Of a stretch of DNA of 64,000 bases, positions 1 to 12,162 are shown piece after piece; the first letter of the stretch is position 1, and the number at the start of each line of letters is the position of its first letter. The translations under genes were made by a program, and so were the position numbers. The notes beneath the pieces are model-generated. The model was not told the origin of the DNA. It was given only the letters and a program-made list of their open reading frames with translations, and ran no database searches. The stretch comes from Octopus vulgaris (Eukaryota): positions 78,244,001 to 78,308,000 of the forward strand of contig OX597831.1 of NCBI GenBank assembly GCA_951406725.2, in the 5' to 3' direction.

Positions 1-623
1 ACGCTTCCGCTAAGTCTCCTCAGATGTGTGTGACATTTAGTTGATGTTTCTGCCCTCGTCTGCGATTCTTGCCGCGAGGTAGGTTCATCTGGGACTCTTG
101 AAAGGGAGAGATCCAGTCTTGTACTGAAGATAACTATATCCACTTTATGTAGGTCTCTCAGGTTTTCTGGGAGGATATTGAAGAACCGAAAGCTCTTGAA
201 GCCCAAGCTGTTGCAATATCTGATCCTGTGTCCAGACGGCAACGGTGGGGTACTTTGTACTATGGAGTGGCGCACCGTCCTGCTCTTTGCACAACTTACA
301 ATGCCAACGTTTTGTACAAGTTCTAAGATCTTCTAGGTGTGTATCACAGCGTATCTTTCTCGCCTTCGATCTAGGGAGTAGTATCGTAACTGTTTCACTC
401 TCTCCCAGTGGCTGATGTGTCGCATTTAAACAATCTTCTTTGTGTAGCTTCACTAGATTGCTTCGAGTTCCGTCGTTACTTTTAAACTGTGTGGTGGCCA
501 TGAGATAAGAAGAGTTATCCAAACGGCTGAGGACAAATGACATCTCTCGTACTGAAAGTTCTGCCCAACCGCTTTATATATATATATATATATATATATA
601 ACCCAACTGCTATAAATAAATAA

Positions 624-699
<76 letters not shown>

Positions 700-705
<6 letters not shown>

Positions 706-1290
706 TTCCTCCTCATTATCGAGTATGGCCATTGCACGAAGCTTAACTGTTACTGGTGCTGTGATCGAATGTGACTTTTTAGCCCAGCTAAAGATCTACA
801 ATGTCTTGTACAGAATTGGCAACTAAAACCTTTACCGGTAATAGCCGGCTGTAGTTGTAACTGGGCTTCATGTACCTTTGCATGTCGTTTAAGTCCTCTT
901 GCCGAATTACACTCTCTTCCACATGCCCGACAGATATGATTAGTATGGTATCTAACACCAACACCAGTGGCCAGGTGTCACTCATCTGTCTCGCTTTATG
1001 ACTACGAAGATGACTCTTGAGTCCAGCTTTACCGAGGCAGGGTCTTGCACAGACATTGCATGTCAGCATCAAAGGAAGACCCTTCCCATCTGGAAATGTA
1101 ACAGCGATGCCCGTCCTGACATCCCTCCTTACTTTCTCATGTACAACTCGAGATTTCTCAAAAGTGGCTGTCCCCTCGTGCACAATCCTTCTCCACCTGC
1201 TACGATCAATAGCTATGCCTTCCCATGTGTCAGGAGAGATGCAATCATCTCTTATGGAAGCCTTCATCAAGTCCTTATACCACTTTTTTT
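700..1290 (-). mobile_element. 5'-truncated RTE-clade LINE 3' end (ORF C-terminus with three C2H2 zinc fingers, frameshifted)
   Basis: Minus strand reads KKWYKDLMKAS...PDTWEGIAIDRSRWRRIVHEG...CNVCARPCLGKAGLKSHLRSH, typical of RTE ORF C-termini. A second frame gives CRACGRECNSARGLKRHAKVH and CQFCTRHCRSLAGLKSHIRSQH. A short 3' UTR runs into (TA)n at ~700. Confidence 0.75.
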
Positions 1291-1317
1291 TTTATAATAT
1301 ATATAATATATTAGAGG

Positions 1318-1380
<63 letters not shown>

Positions 1381-1614
1381 CATAGTTCGATACACACGCA
1401 CACATACATATATGTATCTATGAACATACATATAAATATAATGCTGAGTAGCGTATTCCTGGTGGTGACGTATAACCAGTCAGAATGTTGCCGACTACTT
1501 CGTGCCGGCTGCGGCACTTGGCAACATTCACAAATCTTGTGGCGCTTTGTCTGCAGGCGCTTCCTCTCTTTTATGCAGCAATCATCTGTCGCACGGTGTT
1601 GATAAAATACAGAG

Positions 1615-1900
1615 AGAGTGAGAGGGAGGTTGTGAGTTCGATTCCCGGACCGGGATGTGTGTTGTGTTCTTGAGCAAGACACTTTATTTCACGTTGCTCC
1701 AGTTAACTCAGCTGTGGAAATGAGTTGCGACATCACTGGTGCCAAGTGGTATCGGCCCCTTCGCCTTCCTCTTGGATAACATCAGTGGTGTGAAGAGGGG
1801 CGGCTGGTATGCATGGACAACTGCTAGCTTTCCACAAACAATCTTGCTCTGACTTGTGCCTCGGAGGGTAACTTTCTAGGTGCAATCCCATGGTCATTCA
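1615..1900 (+). mobile_element. tRNA-derived SINE (5'-decayed)
   Basis: B-box-like GTTCGATTCCC followed by TTCTTGAGCAAGACACTTTATTTCACGTTGCTCCAG..CTCAGCTG, shared with copies at 35171-35407 and 54270-54545. Confidence 0.65.
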
Positions 1901-2133
1901 TATATATATATAGGAGGGGAAAAGTATAACATTTTCCGGGCGTATAAGTAGAATTACGTCCCATGATGCAATGTCAGTTATGTCACAAGTGAAGACAGTT
2001 TCATTATAAATTTCTTTGTTCATGATGTCCTAATTCGTATCTCAATCTAGTCTGGGATATTTTCTTTGAGAACTTTTGTTGCATACACACATTCGTATAT
2101 ACATATATCTATTCATGTATGTTGGTATATTTG

Positions 2134-2165
<32 letters not shown>

Positions 2166-2328
2166 CAGGAGTGGCTGTGTGGTAAGTAGCTTGCTTACCA
2201 ACCACATGGTTCTGGGTTCAGTCCCACTGCGTGGCATCTTGGACAAGTGTCATCTACTATAGCCTCGGGCCGACCAAAGCCTTGTGAGTGGATTTGGTAG
2301 ACGGAAACTGAAAGAAGCCCGCCGTATG

Positions 2329-2379
<51 letters not shown>

Positions 2380-2599
2380 GTGCGTGTGTGTTTGTGTGTC
2401 TGTGTTTGTCCCCCTAGTATTGCTTGACAACCGATTCTGGTGTGTTTATGACCCGTGACTTAGCGGTTCGGCAAAAGAGACCGATAGAATAAGTACTGGG
2501 CTTACAAAGAATAAGTCCCGGGTCGAGTTGCTCGATTAAAGGTGGTGCTCCAGCATGGCCGCAGTCAAATGACTGAAACAAGTAAAAGAGTAAAAGAGT
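2166..2599 (+). mobile_element. SINE family A, full length (tRNA-like head, internal (TA)n/(TG)n, GTAAAAGA tail)
   Basis: A/B-box-like TGGCTGTGTGGT...GGTTCAGTCCC; more than 10 homologous copies in the window. Confidence 0.85.
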
Positions 2600-2801
2600 A
2601 TATATATATATATACATATATATATACGCACGTATATATAGATACACATACATGTAGGTGTGTATGCATAGACTGATGGATGGATGATTGGATGGATGCA
2701 TGTGTATGTACGTACCTATGTACGTATGAGGGAAATATATCCCAGATATACACACACGTGTATCATATTTGCATATGTACGTGTATCTATTTCTGTATAT
2801 G

Positions 2802-2836
<35 letters not shown>

Positions 2837-2841
<5 letters not shown>

Positions 2842-3547
2842 TCAATATAGGGTGGCAAAAAAAAAAATTTTGTAGAATTCTTTTGCCACCAGCGGCCTAG
2901 TAGGAAAAAATTAAATAGTCATAAACCATTTTTACGTTCAACATCACAATCAAGGAACGGCCATAATAGGCCATTCACCCACTAGAAATAACAGCCAAAA
3001 GCTTTAACCGCAAAATAACATTAATTCCGTAAACCAGGAGAAAATTGAAAAACTTTTACCCTGTAATTTCTTAGACGATGCACCGTTTCATCTACCGTTT
3101 AATGGTAAACTAACCTGATTAAATTAAATCAAGCCAATCCACCATAGGCCCTTAGACTCATCAGTAAGAAATAGCCAAGTCGGAACAGATATTTTTCACG
3201 AGGCATTCCTCTTGCTACCTCGGCAATATCTGACCTAAAATTTTCAAATCGTCGCACTCGCGCCAAATTTATCGGCAGCAAATAAATATAAGCCACCGAT
3301 TCCATTACGGAACTAACCAGAAAATTCATAATTAATCAATATAGGGTGGCAAAAAAAATTTTGTAGAATTCTTTTGCCACCAGCGGCCTAGTAGGAAAAA
3401 ATTAAATAGTCATAAACCATTTTTACGTTCAACATCACAATCAAGGAACGGCCATAATAGGCCATTCACCCACTAGAAATAACAGCCAAAAGCTTTAACC
3501 GCAAAATAACATTAATTCCGTAAACCAGGAGAAAATTGAAAAACTTT
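2837..3547 (-). repeat. ~494-bp tandem unit (~1.45 copies) containing a hammerhead ribozyme; retrozyme-like or PLE pLTR
   Basis: 2837-3057 recurs almost exactly at 3331-3547, differing in a poly-A length; flanked by (TA)n. Confidence 0.85.
3066..3172 (-). ncRNA. Type I hammerhead ribozyme, canonical core, long stem II
   Basis: Minus strand: atttctta-CTGATGA-gtcta...tagat-GAAAC-ggtgcatc-GTC^-taagaaat; 8-bp stem I. Confidence 0.85.
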
Positions 3548-3794
3548 AAAAAACTTTTGTATATATATATATATATATATATATACATACATATATCCTC
3601 ACATTTTCACTCACACATGCATACAAACAACTAGTTGTACACTCAAAGAGAAACGTAAATACATATACATACATGTGTGTGTGTGTGTGTGTGTGAGTGT
3701 GTGGTTGTGTGTGTTTGTATGTGTGTTTATATATCTGTAGGTAAGCATATAGAGTTAGAAAAAAGTAGATAGACTGACAGACAGACAGACAGAC

Positions 3795-3872
<78 letters not shown>

Positions 3873-4104
3873 GTAGGTAGGTAGGTAGGTAGGTAGGTAG
3901 GTAAGTAGGTAAGCAGGTAGGTAGGTAGGTAGATAGATAGAGGGATAGATTGATAGATACGTAGAGAGATAGACAGAGATATGTAGACAGACAGATAGAT
4001 AGATAGATAGATAGATAGATTGATAGATAGATAGATAGATAGATAGATTGATTGATTGATTGATTGATAGATAGACAGACAGACAGACAGACATACAGAA
4101 AGAC

Positions 4105-4176
<72 letters not shown>

Positions 4177-4562
4177 GTTTTATTCATGCATACTTAAGGA
4201 AATCGATCAGAAATCTACATATATGTGTCTGTGTGATTCTTTGTATGTTCGCATTCTTCAGAGTATATATGCGCGTATGTGTATATGTGTGTGTGTGTGC
4301 TTATATGTACATACCCGCGCGCGTATGTGTTTGTGTTATCAAATGTCAACTATTCTGTTTGTCTTCTTTCATGTTAATATATGTTAATTTATACAAGAAT
4401 GTATGCAGTCGACAATGAACGGGTACACTACATAGTTTACTCTCGGCCACACATTCTGTAAGCTTGGTGATATTACAAGAGGCAATAGACATAGCTAGTT
4501 GGCTACAGGGCAACAGAGCTAGCAAGCTGGACGGTTTATTGTGTTATACACACATACGTACA

Positions 4563-4670
<108 letters not shown>

Positions 4671-4953
4671 GATAGATTGATAAATATTATAGGTGTGTGC
4701 TTGTATGCTTGTGGGTGCCTCTGCGTGTGTGGGTGGGTGTGCATATACATAGACAAACATGCATATATATACATAGATATACATACGTATACATGCATAC
4801 ATATACATATATATACAAACATATACATATACATACACATACATATATACATATAATATATATACATACATATACATATATATATATATATACATACATA
4901 TATATACTTATACATACATCAATATACATAAATGTGTGTGTGTGTGCATGTGT

Positions 4954-4986
<33 letters not shown>

Positions 4987-5259
4987 CATATATATTTAAT
5001 ATGAGTTAAGAGGGAAATATTATCCGGGTGGATAGCGTGGTAGCTTTCGGTTATGTTCAAGGATTCATCTAACACATCGATTAGTATTTAAGGCCTATGT
5101 CACTCACGCTGTAATTTTCTCCGATGGGTTCTCGTGTTCGCTTCTCTGGATGGTTATATTATATGCAGTGTATATTAGCAATAATTATACCGATAAATAA
5201 TGTGGAGACTTGTTCATCCTCCCAATTTCTTTCTTTTTATTTTATAATTTCCTACCTCA

Positions 5260-5510
5260 ATATTTTTATGGTCGTTACGACCTACACGTGTTTCCAGTGG
5301 ACAGAGTATGGGCAGTTGTACGTGCAACCGGGCATAATTTTCTGTGGAGCTTCGTTTAGACTCTGTCCACTAGCTGCTCTCAATGCGAGCATACTAGCGT
5401 GTAGAAAGACTCTGAACGAAGCTGACAGAAAATTATGCCCGGTTGCACGTGCAATTACCAATACTCTGTCCAGTTGAAACACGTGTAGGTCGTAATGACC
5501 ATAAAAATAT
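5260..5510. repeat. Imperfect inverted repeat (5260-5360 / 5411-5510) carrying HHR-like motifs
   Basis: Arms are reverse complements. Plus arm reads gact-CTGAACGA-agctgacaga...tctgtccagtt-GAAAC-acgt-GTA^-ggtc (5408-5491), with one extra nucleotide in the core. Confidence 0.7.
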
Positions 5511-5620
5511 GGTGCATGAATAAATAACAGGAAATAAATTTCTATATCGTTTTAGCCATTGCTAATATATTGACATACACATTTAAATATATATTGTCAT
5601 CAATAAATAATTTTCTGTTA

Positions 5621-5706
<86 letters not shown>

Positions 5707-6162
5707 GACAGAGAGGGAGAGATTTTATATCTACTTAAATGAAGGAAAGAAAATGGAGAGTTCGAAGTTAATAATTATTGATTATAAACAAATTGATCGT
5801 CTTTAATTCTTACAGCCGTTTCAATAATTTAATCGCAAATTTGTGCATTAAATTTGCGTTTATAGGACATGAGCATAATTTCATGAGAAACAATAAAAGA
5901 TATACCGTAAAATGTAAGATGGCTGACCCATCAGTTCATTCTAGCAGTTCATTCATGAAATGTAAGTCCAATGGTCGAGTACTTGTCATATCTACAGAAG
6001 TAGATTGAAGATCCGCAGGCCATCTTTCATTTGTGTTCTATTCAGAAAATGCTTTCCGGGCTTGTATTTTCACATTATTATTTCTGTCTTTTATATGATG
6101 TGCCTCGGATGTGAAGTAATTCCAAAAATGAATTACTTCACGTTCTCTGAATACTATATAAA

Positions 6163-6552
6163 GTCATTAGACTGCAGCCATGCTGGAGCACAGTATTGAG
6201 GAATTTCTATCGAACGAATTGATACCCGTACTATTTTTCGTTTTTTTTTTTATTTGAAGCCTGCAATATATGCTATCGGTGACATTTGCCGAACCGCTAG
6301 GTTACGGGCGGGTACGCAAACGCGTCGATTTCATTCGGTCTTGGGAAACAAACACAGACACAAAACACACGCACAAACACACGTACATTCAACGAGCTTC
6401 TTTCAGTTTCCGCCTACTTCAATCCACTCACAAGGCTTTAGTCAACTCGAGGCTATAGTAGAAGACACTTGCCTAAGGTGTCATGCAGTAGGACTGTACC
6501 CGGTATCGTGTGGTCCAGAAGCAAACGTCTTACACCACAACCATGGCTGCAC
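6163..6552 (-). mobile_element. SINE family A, diverged
   Basis: Reverse complement of the 2166-2599 family. Confidence 0.75.
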
Positions 6553-6799
6553 CTAAATGCACATATACATATGAATATATATAGATACACACACACACAT
6601 ACACACTCACACACACACACAAACACACAGACATACACACATTCAAGCATGCGCATACGGGCGCGCTCGCAAGCAAGTAACGTTTTTGGCAGAGAAAGAA
6701 TGAAACTGAGAGTGAAAAAGAGGGTCTAGTCAATCGAAGAATGAAAGGAAGGGGTCATTACATTGACGCAAAAAGACATTCACAAAAAAACCGCATACA

Positions 6800-7039
6800 C
6801 AGAAATCCGTCGCCATATCGCGGTTCACATACCCTGGTTCAGTTATTGCGGTTTATTATTTAGCTTGCGCTGATTCCCCCGTGCTGTTGTTTTGCATTTA
6901 TAATAAAATAAATATTCACAAATTATGAAAATAATAATAATAAATAAATATACAATACAGTACTGTATCTAATTCGCGGATTTTCACCAGTCACGTGGGG
7001 TTTTGGAGTGTAACACCCGCGATAGTCGAGGGATTACGG
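6800..7039. mobile_element. pogo/Tigger-like MITE
   Basis: Imperfect TIRs CAGAAATCCGTCGCCATATCGCGG / CCGCGATAGTCGAGGGATTACGG followed by TA. Confidence 0.6.
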
Positions 7040-7231
7040 TAAATCGTTTCTGTAAATTCTCAATATCGCATGCTACGTCTGATGTATGTGGCTATATTTT
7101 GTACGTGCGTGTGTAATTTAAACGTTATTATTGTTGATGCTATTGTTGTTGTTATATATAGATATATATCCTACTCTCCTTTCCTGTGTCCGTCTGTTTC
7201 TCTCTGTCATCCTCTCTTTTTCTCTGACTCC

Positions 7232-7283
<52 letters not shown>

Positions 7284-7284
7284 T

Positions 7285-7530
7285 CAGGAGAACGGAGTAA
7301 ACAAGGTAGGAGTCGATACGTGAGATGGAGTGTCGCTGAAGCGGTGACAGGATGTGTGACAAAAAATTTCAGACAAAGGACACGAAAGCAAGAATGATAA
7401 TAAAGCTGAAGGCCGTATATACAGCGCGTGTGTTTATTTGGCAAAAACAAATGACCGTCCCGAAAAATAATATCTGTTTCAACACATGATTTCACATCAG
7501 GAATCTTGTAAAACAAATACATAAATGTAA
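7285..7530 (+). repeat. Dispersed repeat with decayed HHR (homologous to 25930-26070 and 43925-44160)
   Basis: gtcg-CTGAAGC-ggtgaca..tgtgac-AAAAAA-TTTC-agac at 7331-7375; flanking homology to the other two copies. Confidence 0.6.
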
Positions 7531-7543
7531 ATATATGCATATA

Positions 7544-7620
<77 letters not shown>

Positions 7621-7686
7621 AATCCAAACGGGAAAACAGAAAAAACAACAACACGTGGAACGTGTGTGTGTGTGTGTGTGTGTGTG

Positions 7687-7768
<82 letters not shown>

Positions 7769-7884
7769 TGTAGTAGTATCAGAAAAGAGGAATTTCGATT
7801 ATCCCCTCGTGGTAAGTTGCAATGTATATAAGAAATTAAGAAAGGAAAATATGCACACTTACATAGTTTTAATATAATGTTTAA

Positions 7885-7921
7885 TATATCGACCGGTTTC
7901 GCTATTGCTATTCATGATATA
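7885..7921 (-). ncRNA. Minimal type I hammerhead ribozyme with A3-U8 core variant
   Basis: Minus strand: tatatc-ATGAATA-gc-aata-gc-GAAAC-cg-GTC^-gatata; perfect 6-bp stem I and palindromic ACCGGT stem III. Confidence 0.65.
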
Positions 7922-8159
7922 ATGTTTTACTTATTTGAATATATATTTTTTCTTAAGAAGGAATTTGGTCCATGTGGTGTGTGATGAAATTCACAATTGA
8001 ATGACTTCACAAGTAGATAAATAAAGGGAGGTAATTGGTTGTCGCTATTATTGTTATTGTTGTGGGTAAGGGAGATAACTGTTCAGCTTTCGGTAATGGG
8101 TAGGGATTATATATGTGTACAGACAGAGGCAAGTTTCAAAAACCTTGTTTAGTAGGAGA

Positions 8160-11100
8160 TTTATGTACAGGGTCCTCATTTATGATTTATGTACAGGGTC
8201 AGGAATCTCAGCGGAAATAAATTTGTCAATGTCATTAGTTTCGATTTTATTAGTTAGCCAAATTAAGATATGAGCATGTGGCAAGCCCCTCTTTTGCTAC
8301 TCGACCGAAAGTATGTAGCACCTGACATGCCCGAAATCTGACCCTTAACTATCAAATCCATCATTTTGCCCAAATTCAGACGGAAAACCATAGCAACAAA
8401 GTCGTGTCGATGGGTGTGAGACTGATCCGGGAGGAGTTCGCGAGTGATTTCGCCGCAGTTGGGATTGCACGTGTAGGTGATAAAGAGGTCCGGCCGGCCG
8501 TAAATGCGCACGTAGGTCAAGGCGTCTTGGGTCCTTTCACGCATATATCGCGGTCCTTCCGTGAAGGTGGAGGGTAGAATGCATGGCTTGCCGATGTTGC
8601 GAGGGTCATTTTCTTGTTGCAAGCCGTCACGGAGATGAATGTAGGAGTCGGAGCGAAGTTTGGTCTGATTAAGTTTAATGTATAGCAGCCTTTCCGATTC
8701 CATTTTGGCGGCCATCTCGACGGCGAACTGGTTGAATAGCTGACGACAACGGGGCAATAAGTTGAACACACCCTCCCTGACCATGAACGGTATGAGTAGA
8801 ACGCCTTGCAGGAAACCGTCTTTGATGCCGCAGTAGTTTGACTGGAGGGCTGCCTTAAAGGAATTCCGAAGTGGTAGCCGTCTTCCCCATAAGGGAAAAG
8901 CAATGGATACTGAAGCGCGTCATAAGATCTGTGGGTCTCGCTGATCCTGTGTAGGCTGTTACCACGGGAGGAGATGACTATGTCACGGCTGTTGTGTTGC
9001 TCTTCGTGTATGACTGCGGCAATTTCGTTGCACGCAGGTGCGTTGAAACGGCGTTCGTGCTCCCCGTGGGGTCGTTTATCAGCATCAATGACAACGGTGA
9101 AGTCTGGAGACGGAGCACTGTCCAAGGCATACCAGAAGCTGCGGACGTAGCTGTTGATATCATGAAGCAGGGTTTGGAGACGGAGAAGAACGTCTTTGAG
9201 GGGAACATAGCATGTACCCGGTATTATTCCAAGGCGTGCATCAACTTGCTGGTTGTAGTCGGCAATGAAGTAGATTTGGAAGAAAGAAGACTGCAGAAGT
9301 GACCCAATAAGGTGGTAGACCTGTCCCTGCACTTTGAAAGTAGGCATCCAGCCTTCTCTAGGAGGATTTTTGGCCCCGAAAGAGATCATTTAGAATGAGC
9401 AGTTGTACTTTCAAATGATTTCAAGGAATTGCGACGATTCGGGGGTTAAACCCGCCGCGAGATCCTTCAGCGGTTGAGGTGGTTCCCGTAGGGGTGGCAG
9501 GTCCACTTTGCCACCAGAGCAGCACAAACCAGGTGGCTCTCTGGGCCATTTCTTGGCTTTGCAAAACTGGCATACAATTGTCATTGACCCTATCTTGATG
9601 TCGTCACGCAAGGAGAAGTTAATTGTGGCGTCGTAGTTGAATGCTAATGACGACCAGAAAGCGTGGGCAGGGTACGTACACCACGAATGATATCCCGACG
9701 TTGGTTGATACTCTCAAGTCGAGTGCGCCGTGCCTCAGCAGATTGAGATGCGCGTGCGACAGCGGTAGCAGTGGCATCCCTTGAAAGCCTTTCAGCTCTC
9801 GCCTCAGCATTCTCTGAAGCCCTAGCAGAAGCAGTGTTAATGGCATCTCTGGATGTCCGAATAGTTCGTTGGTCTGGAGTTTCGGCAGATAGAGCCATGG
9901 CTGTGTTTGCGGCGTCAGCAGCTTGGCGAGTTCTCCTCTGCTGTGGGGTTTCGACAGATGGTGTCCTGGCGGTGCTAGCGGCGTTAGCCGCATTCCGAAT
10001 GGCCCTTTGTTCCGGGTTCTCACGAGCTCTGCGGATGGAAGCACAGGAAGAAGCCCGCATGTTTTGGCTGGACTGTTGCTCTTTCGTCAACCTCGAGCGG
10101 AGGGAAGATCTGTACGCTGCGGCCCTTGCAAGTCGGGTAGAACGGTCGCTAGTAGTTTCAGATGCCTGAGCAGCGGCAAAACGGGAAGCTTTTTGCGAGA
10201 GGCGCAATGCGGTTTCCTCGTGGGTCTCGCGTGCCCTTCTAGCCTTAGCAGCCGATGCCTTGGCCGTCCGAGGGCTGAGGAGGGTCCTTCTCTTCTTGGG
10301 TGGCATTTTGGTGGATAGCATTGTGTTTGGCAAAGGTATAATAAAAAGGAACGCGTGGGGTAAGTATCCCAAAATGTATAAAAATATACAAAAGCGGGAA
10401 AAAAAGCGGGCAGCAATGTGAGTGACAACAACGAAAAAGCGAAAAGTGACCAAACTGAACAAACGAATGGAAAAAGGTTTTAGGTGCACACGACAAAAGC
10501 GGCTTATAATAAACCAAGAGTTTGCAAGTAGCGTCGGAGGACCCTTAGGGTACGTCAAAAATTTAAGGTAAAGCGTTTGGGGTGAAAGTTTAAACAAAAA
10601 AAGTATTCGAATAACTTGCGGTTGCAGCAGCGATTAGCAGAAGTATGCCAAGATTATGTTGTCTGGTCATGTTTTGTCTCGTTGACTGCTTGAAGTGGCG
10701 GTGCTGGGGGTAAAATCTCGGAGGTAAGTTCTTCCTGGTAGGAATTAGTTCACCAAAACTTAGGTTAGTCTGGAGGTTTCGATGTAATCTTTTGTTTGTA
10801 TATGGGATACCTTGAAGATTAAGTCTAGATTTCCTCCTGTGGGTTGAATTATCGATAGTTGTTTGATAGTTATTTGGGGGAGTAAGAGAGTTAAAGAAGG
10901 TCGAGTCGCGTCCCCTAGACTGTGGTTTGTGTATAATACACAAATCGGTTTGCTATGTATGTCACATATGATGTAATTAACTGATTTTTTCCAGTAATAA
11001 CGTATCCTATTGGAATAAAAAGGGCCATATAGCTCCTTGGAGCAGACATGATGCTCGCTGTGAACTTCGAAAAAAATTCCTGCCAATTTGTTAAAGATTT

Positions 11101-11497
11101 TGTCGAAAATATACCATCTTGAATTTGAACGGGATTTCCCATAATGGTATGATTTTATCGATTTTTTGTGATGGTAAGGTATTGCATGGAAAACTAACGT
11201 CAGAATTAAGTTCCTTAGAGTAACATTAAGCTTCACCATGAGTTTGGTCAAAATCGATTGCAAGTTGCGAAAACTACAACGGAAAATGTGTTGCATATGA
11301 TAAGCTTAGATTCTCAACCCCATGTCGAATTTATCGATTTTTTCAGAACTGGGGGAACTTTTCAAACTTTTCCCTGCGTTAGTTTTGAATTATGACATTG
11401 GGCTATGTGTGTGTCAAGTTTCATCAGAATCGGTTGTAAGCCGTGGTCAGGGTGAGGGTACAACCTGACAAACACACAGACAGACAAACTGCCTTAT

Positions 11498-11500
<3 letters not shown>
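8160..11500 (-). mobile_element. Helitron, defective (5' part of RepHel; truncated after the HUH motif, no helicase)
   Basis: Frameshifted ORFs give R/A-rich N-terminus MPPKKRR..., IGSMTIVCQFCKAKKWPREPPGLCCSGGKV, PTFKVQGQVYHLIGSL, HRSYDALQYPLLFPYGEDG, GRPDLFITYTCNPN (Rep motif 1) and GLPHAHILIW (HUH) near 8270-8290. Helitron-type 5' region (gtctgtctgtgtg...accgattctgatgaaactt) at 11400-11500. Confidence 0.92.
8190..10318 (-). pseudogene. Helitron RepHel pseudogene fragment
   Basis: At least four frames or stops across ORFs 9644-10597, 9411-9611, 8517-9389 and 8263-8784. Confidence 0.88.
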
Positions 11501-11530
<30 letters not shown>

Positions 11531-11599
11531 GTATGTCTGTATGTACGTATGTATGTATGAATGTATGTATGTATGTATGTATGTATGCATGAATATATG

Positions 11600-11633
<34 letters not shown>

Positions 11634-11710
11634 TGTATGTATGATAAACAAAATGACACAACAAAGCCAAGACTGTGTGGCATTTTAGGGACATTTATGA
11701 AGAGAAAGTT

Positions 11711-11760
11711 AGTCTTACAGCTGTTTCTGGGATATTAGGGATATCCCTTCATCAGAGACG
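11711..11760 (-). ncRNA. Type I hammerhead ribozyme, canonical core
   Basis: Minus strand: gtct-CTGATGA-a-gggatat-cccta-atatccc-a-GAAAC-agct-GTA^-agac. Confidence 0.85.
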
Positions 11761-11896
11761 ATGTTTTTATTTTTATTTTATTTTTTATTCCTACATTCAT
11801 TCTCCTATTTCCCTATGCACTCCTTACTTTCTTCCTCTTCCAAAATAACTCCATATAATGAACACTAATTTTTCCCTCTATTTAACCATCTTATAA

Positions 11897-11946
11897 CGTC
11901 TCTGATGAAGGGACATCCTTAATATCCTAGAAACACCTGTAAGACT
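11897..11946 (+). ncRNA. Type I hammerhead ribozyme (second arm, slightly decayed)
   Basis: gtct-CTGATGA-agggacat..atatccta-GAAAC-acct-GTA^-agac. Confidence 0.75.
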
Positions 11947-12129
11947 AACTTTCCCTTTATAAATGCCCTAAAATTCCACACAGCCTTTTTTTAAAACACA
12001 TACATTGTCATACAAGACCCGCATTAGACTCCTCGCTCGTATAATTATCGAACCGAGAGTCTAACTACAGTCCTTCCACAGCGCTCACAAAGCGTTACCT
12101 GCCACCTTGGGTTTTCTGGATACCAATAC

Positions 12130-12162
<33 letters not shown>

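Larger units (their letters stand above)
11668..11990. repeat. Inverted repeat with a hammerhead ribozyme in each arm
   Basis: 11672-11760 and 11897-11985 are near reverse complements around a ~135-bp spacer. Confidence 0.85.

Noticed and set aside
145-543. 132-aa Cys/His-containing ORF, and an LDTGSD word in another frame
   Set aside because: No convincing domain; may be a TE fragment cut by the window edge, but I cannot assign it
1483-1529. Hairpin GAATGTTGCC...GGCAACATTC
   Set aside because: Short, with no ribozyme core or other support
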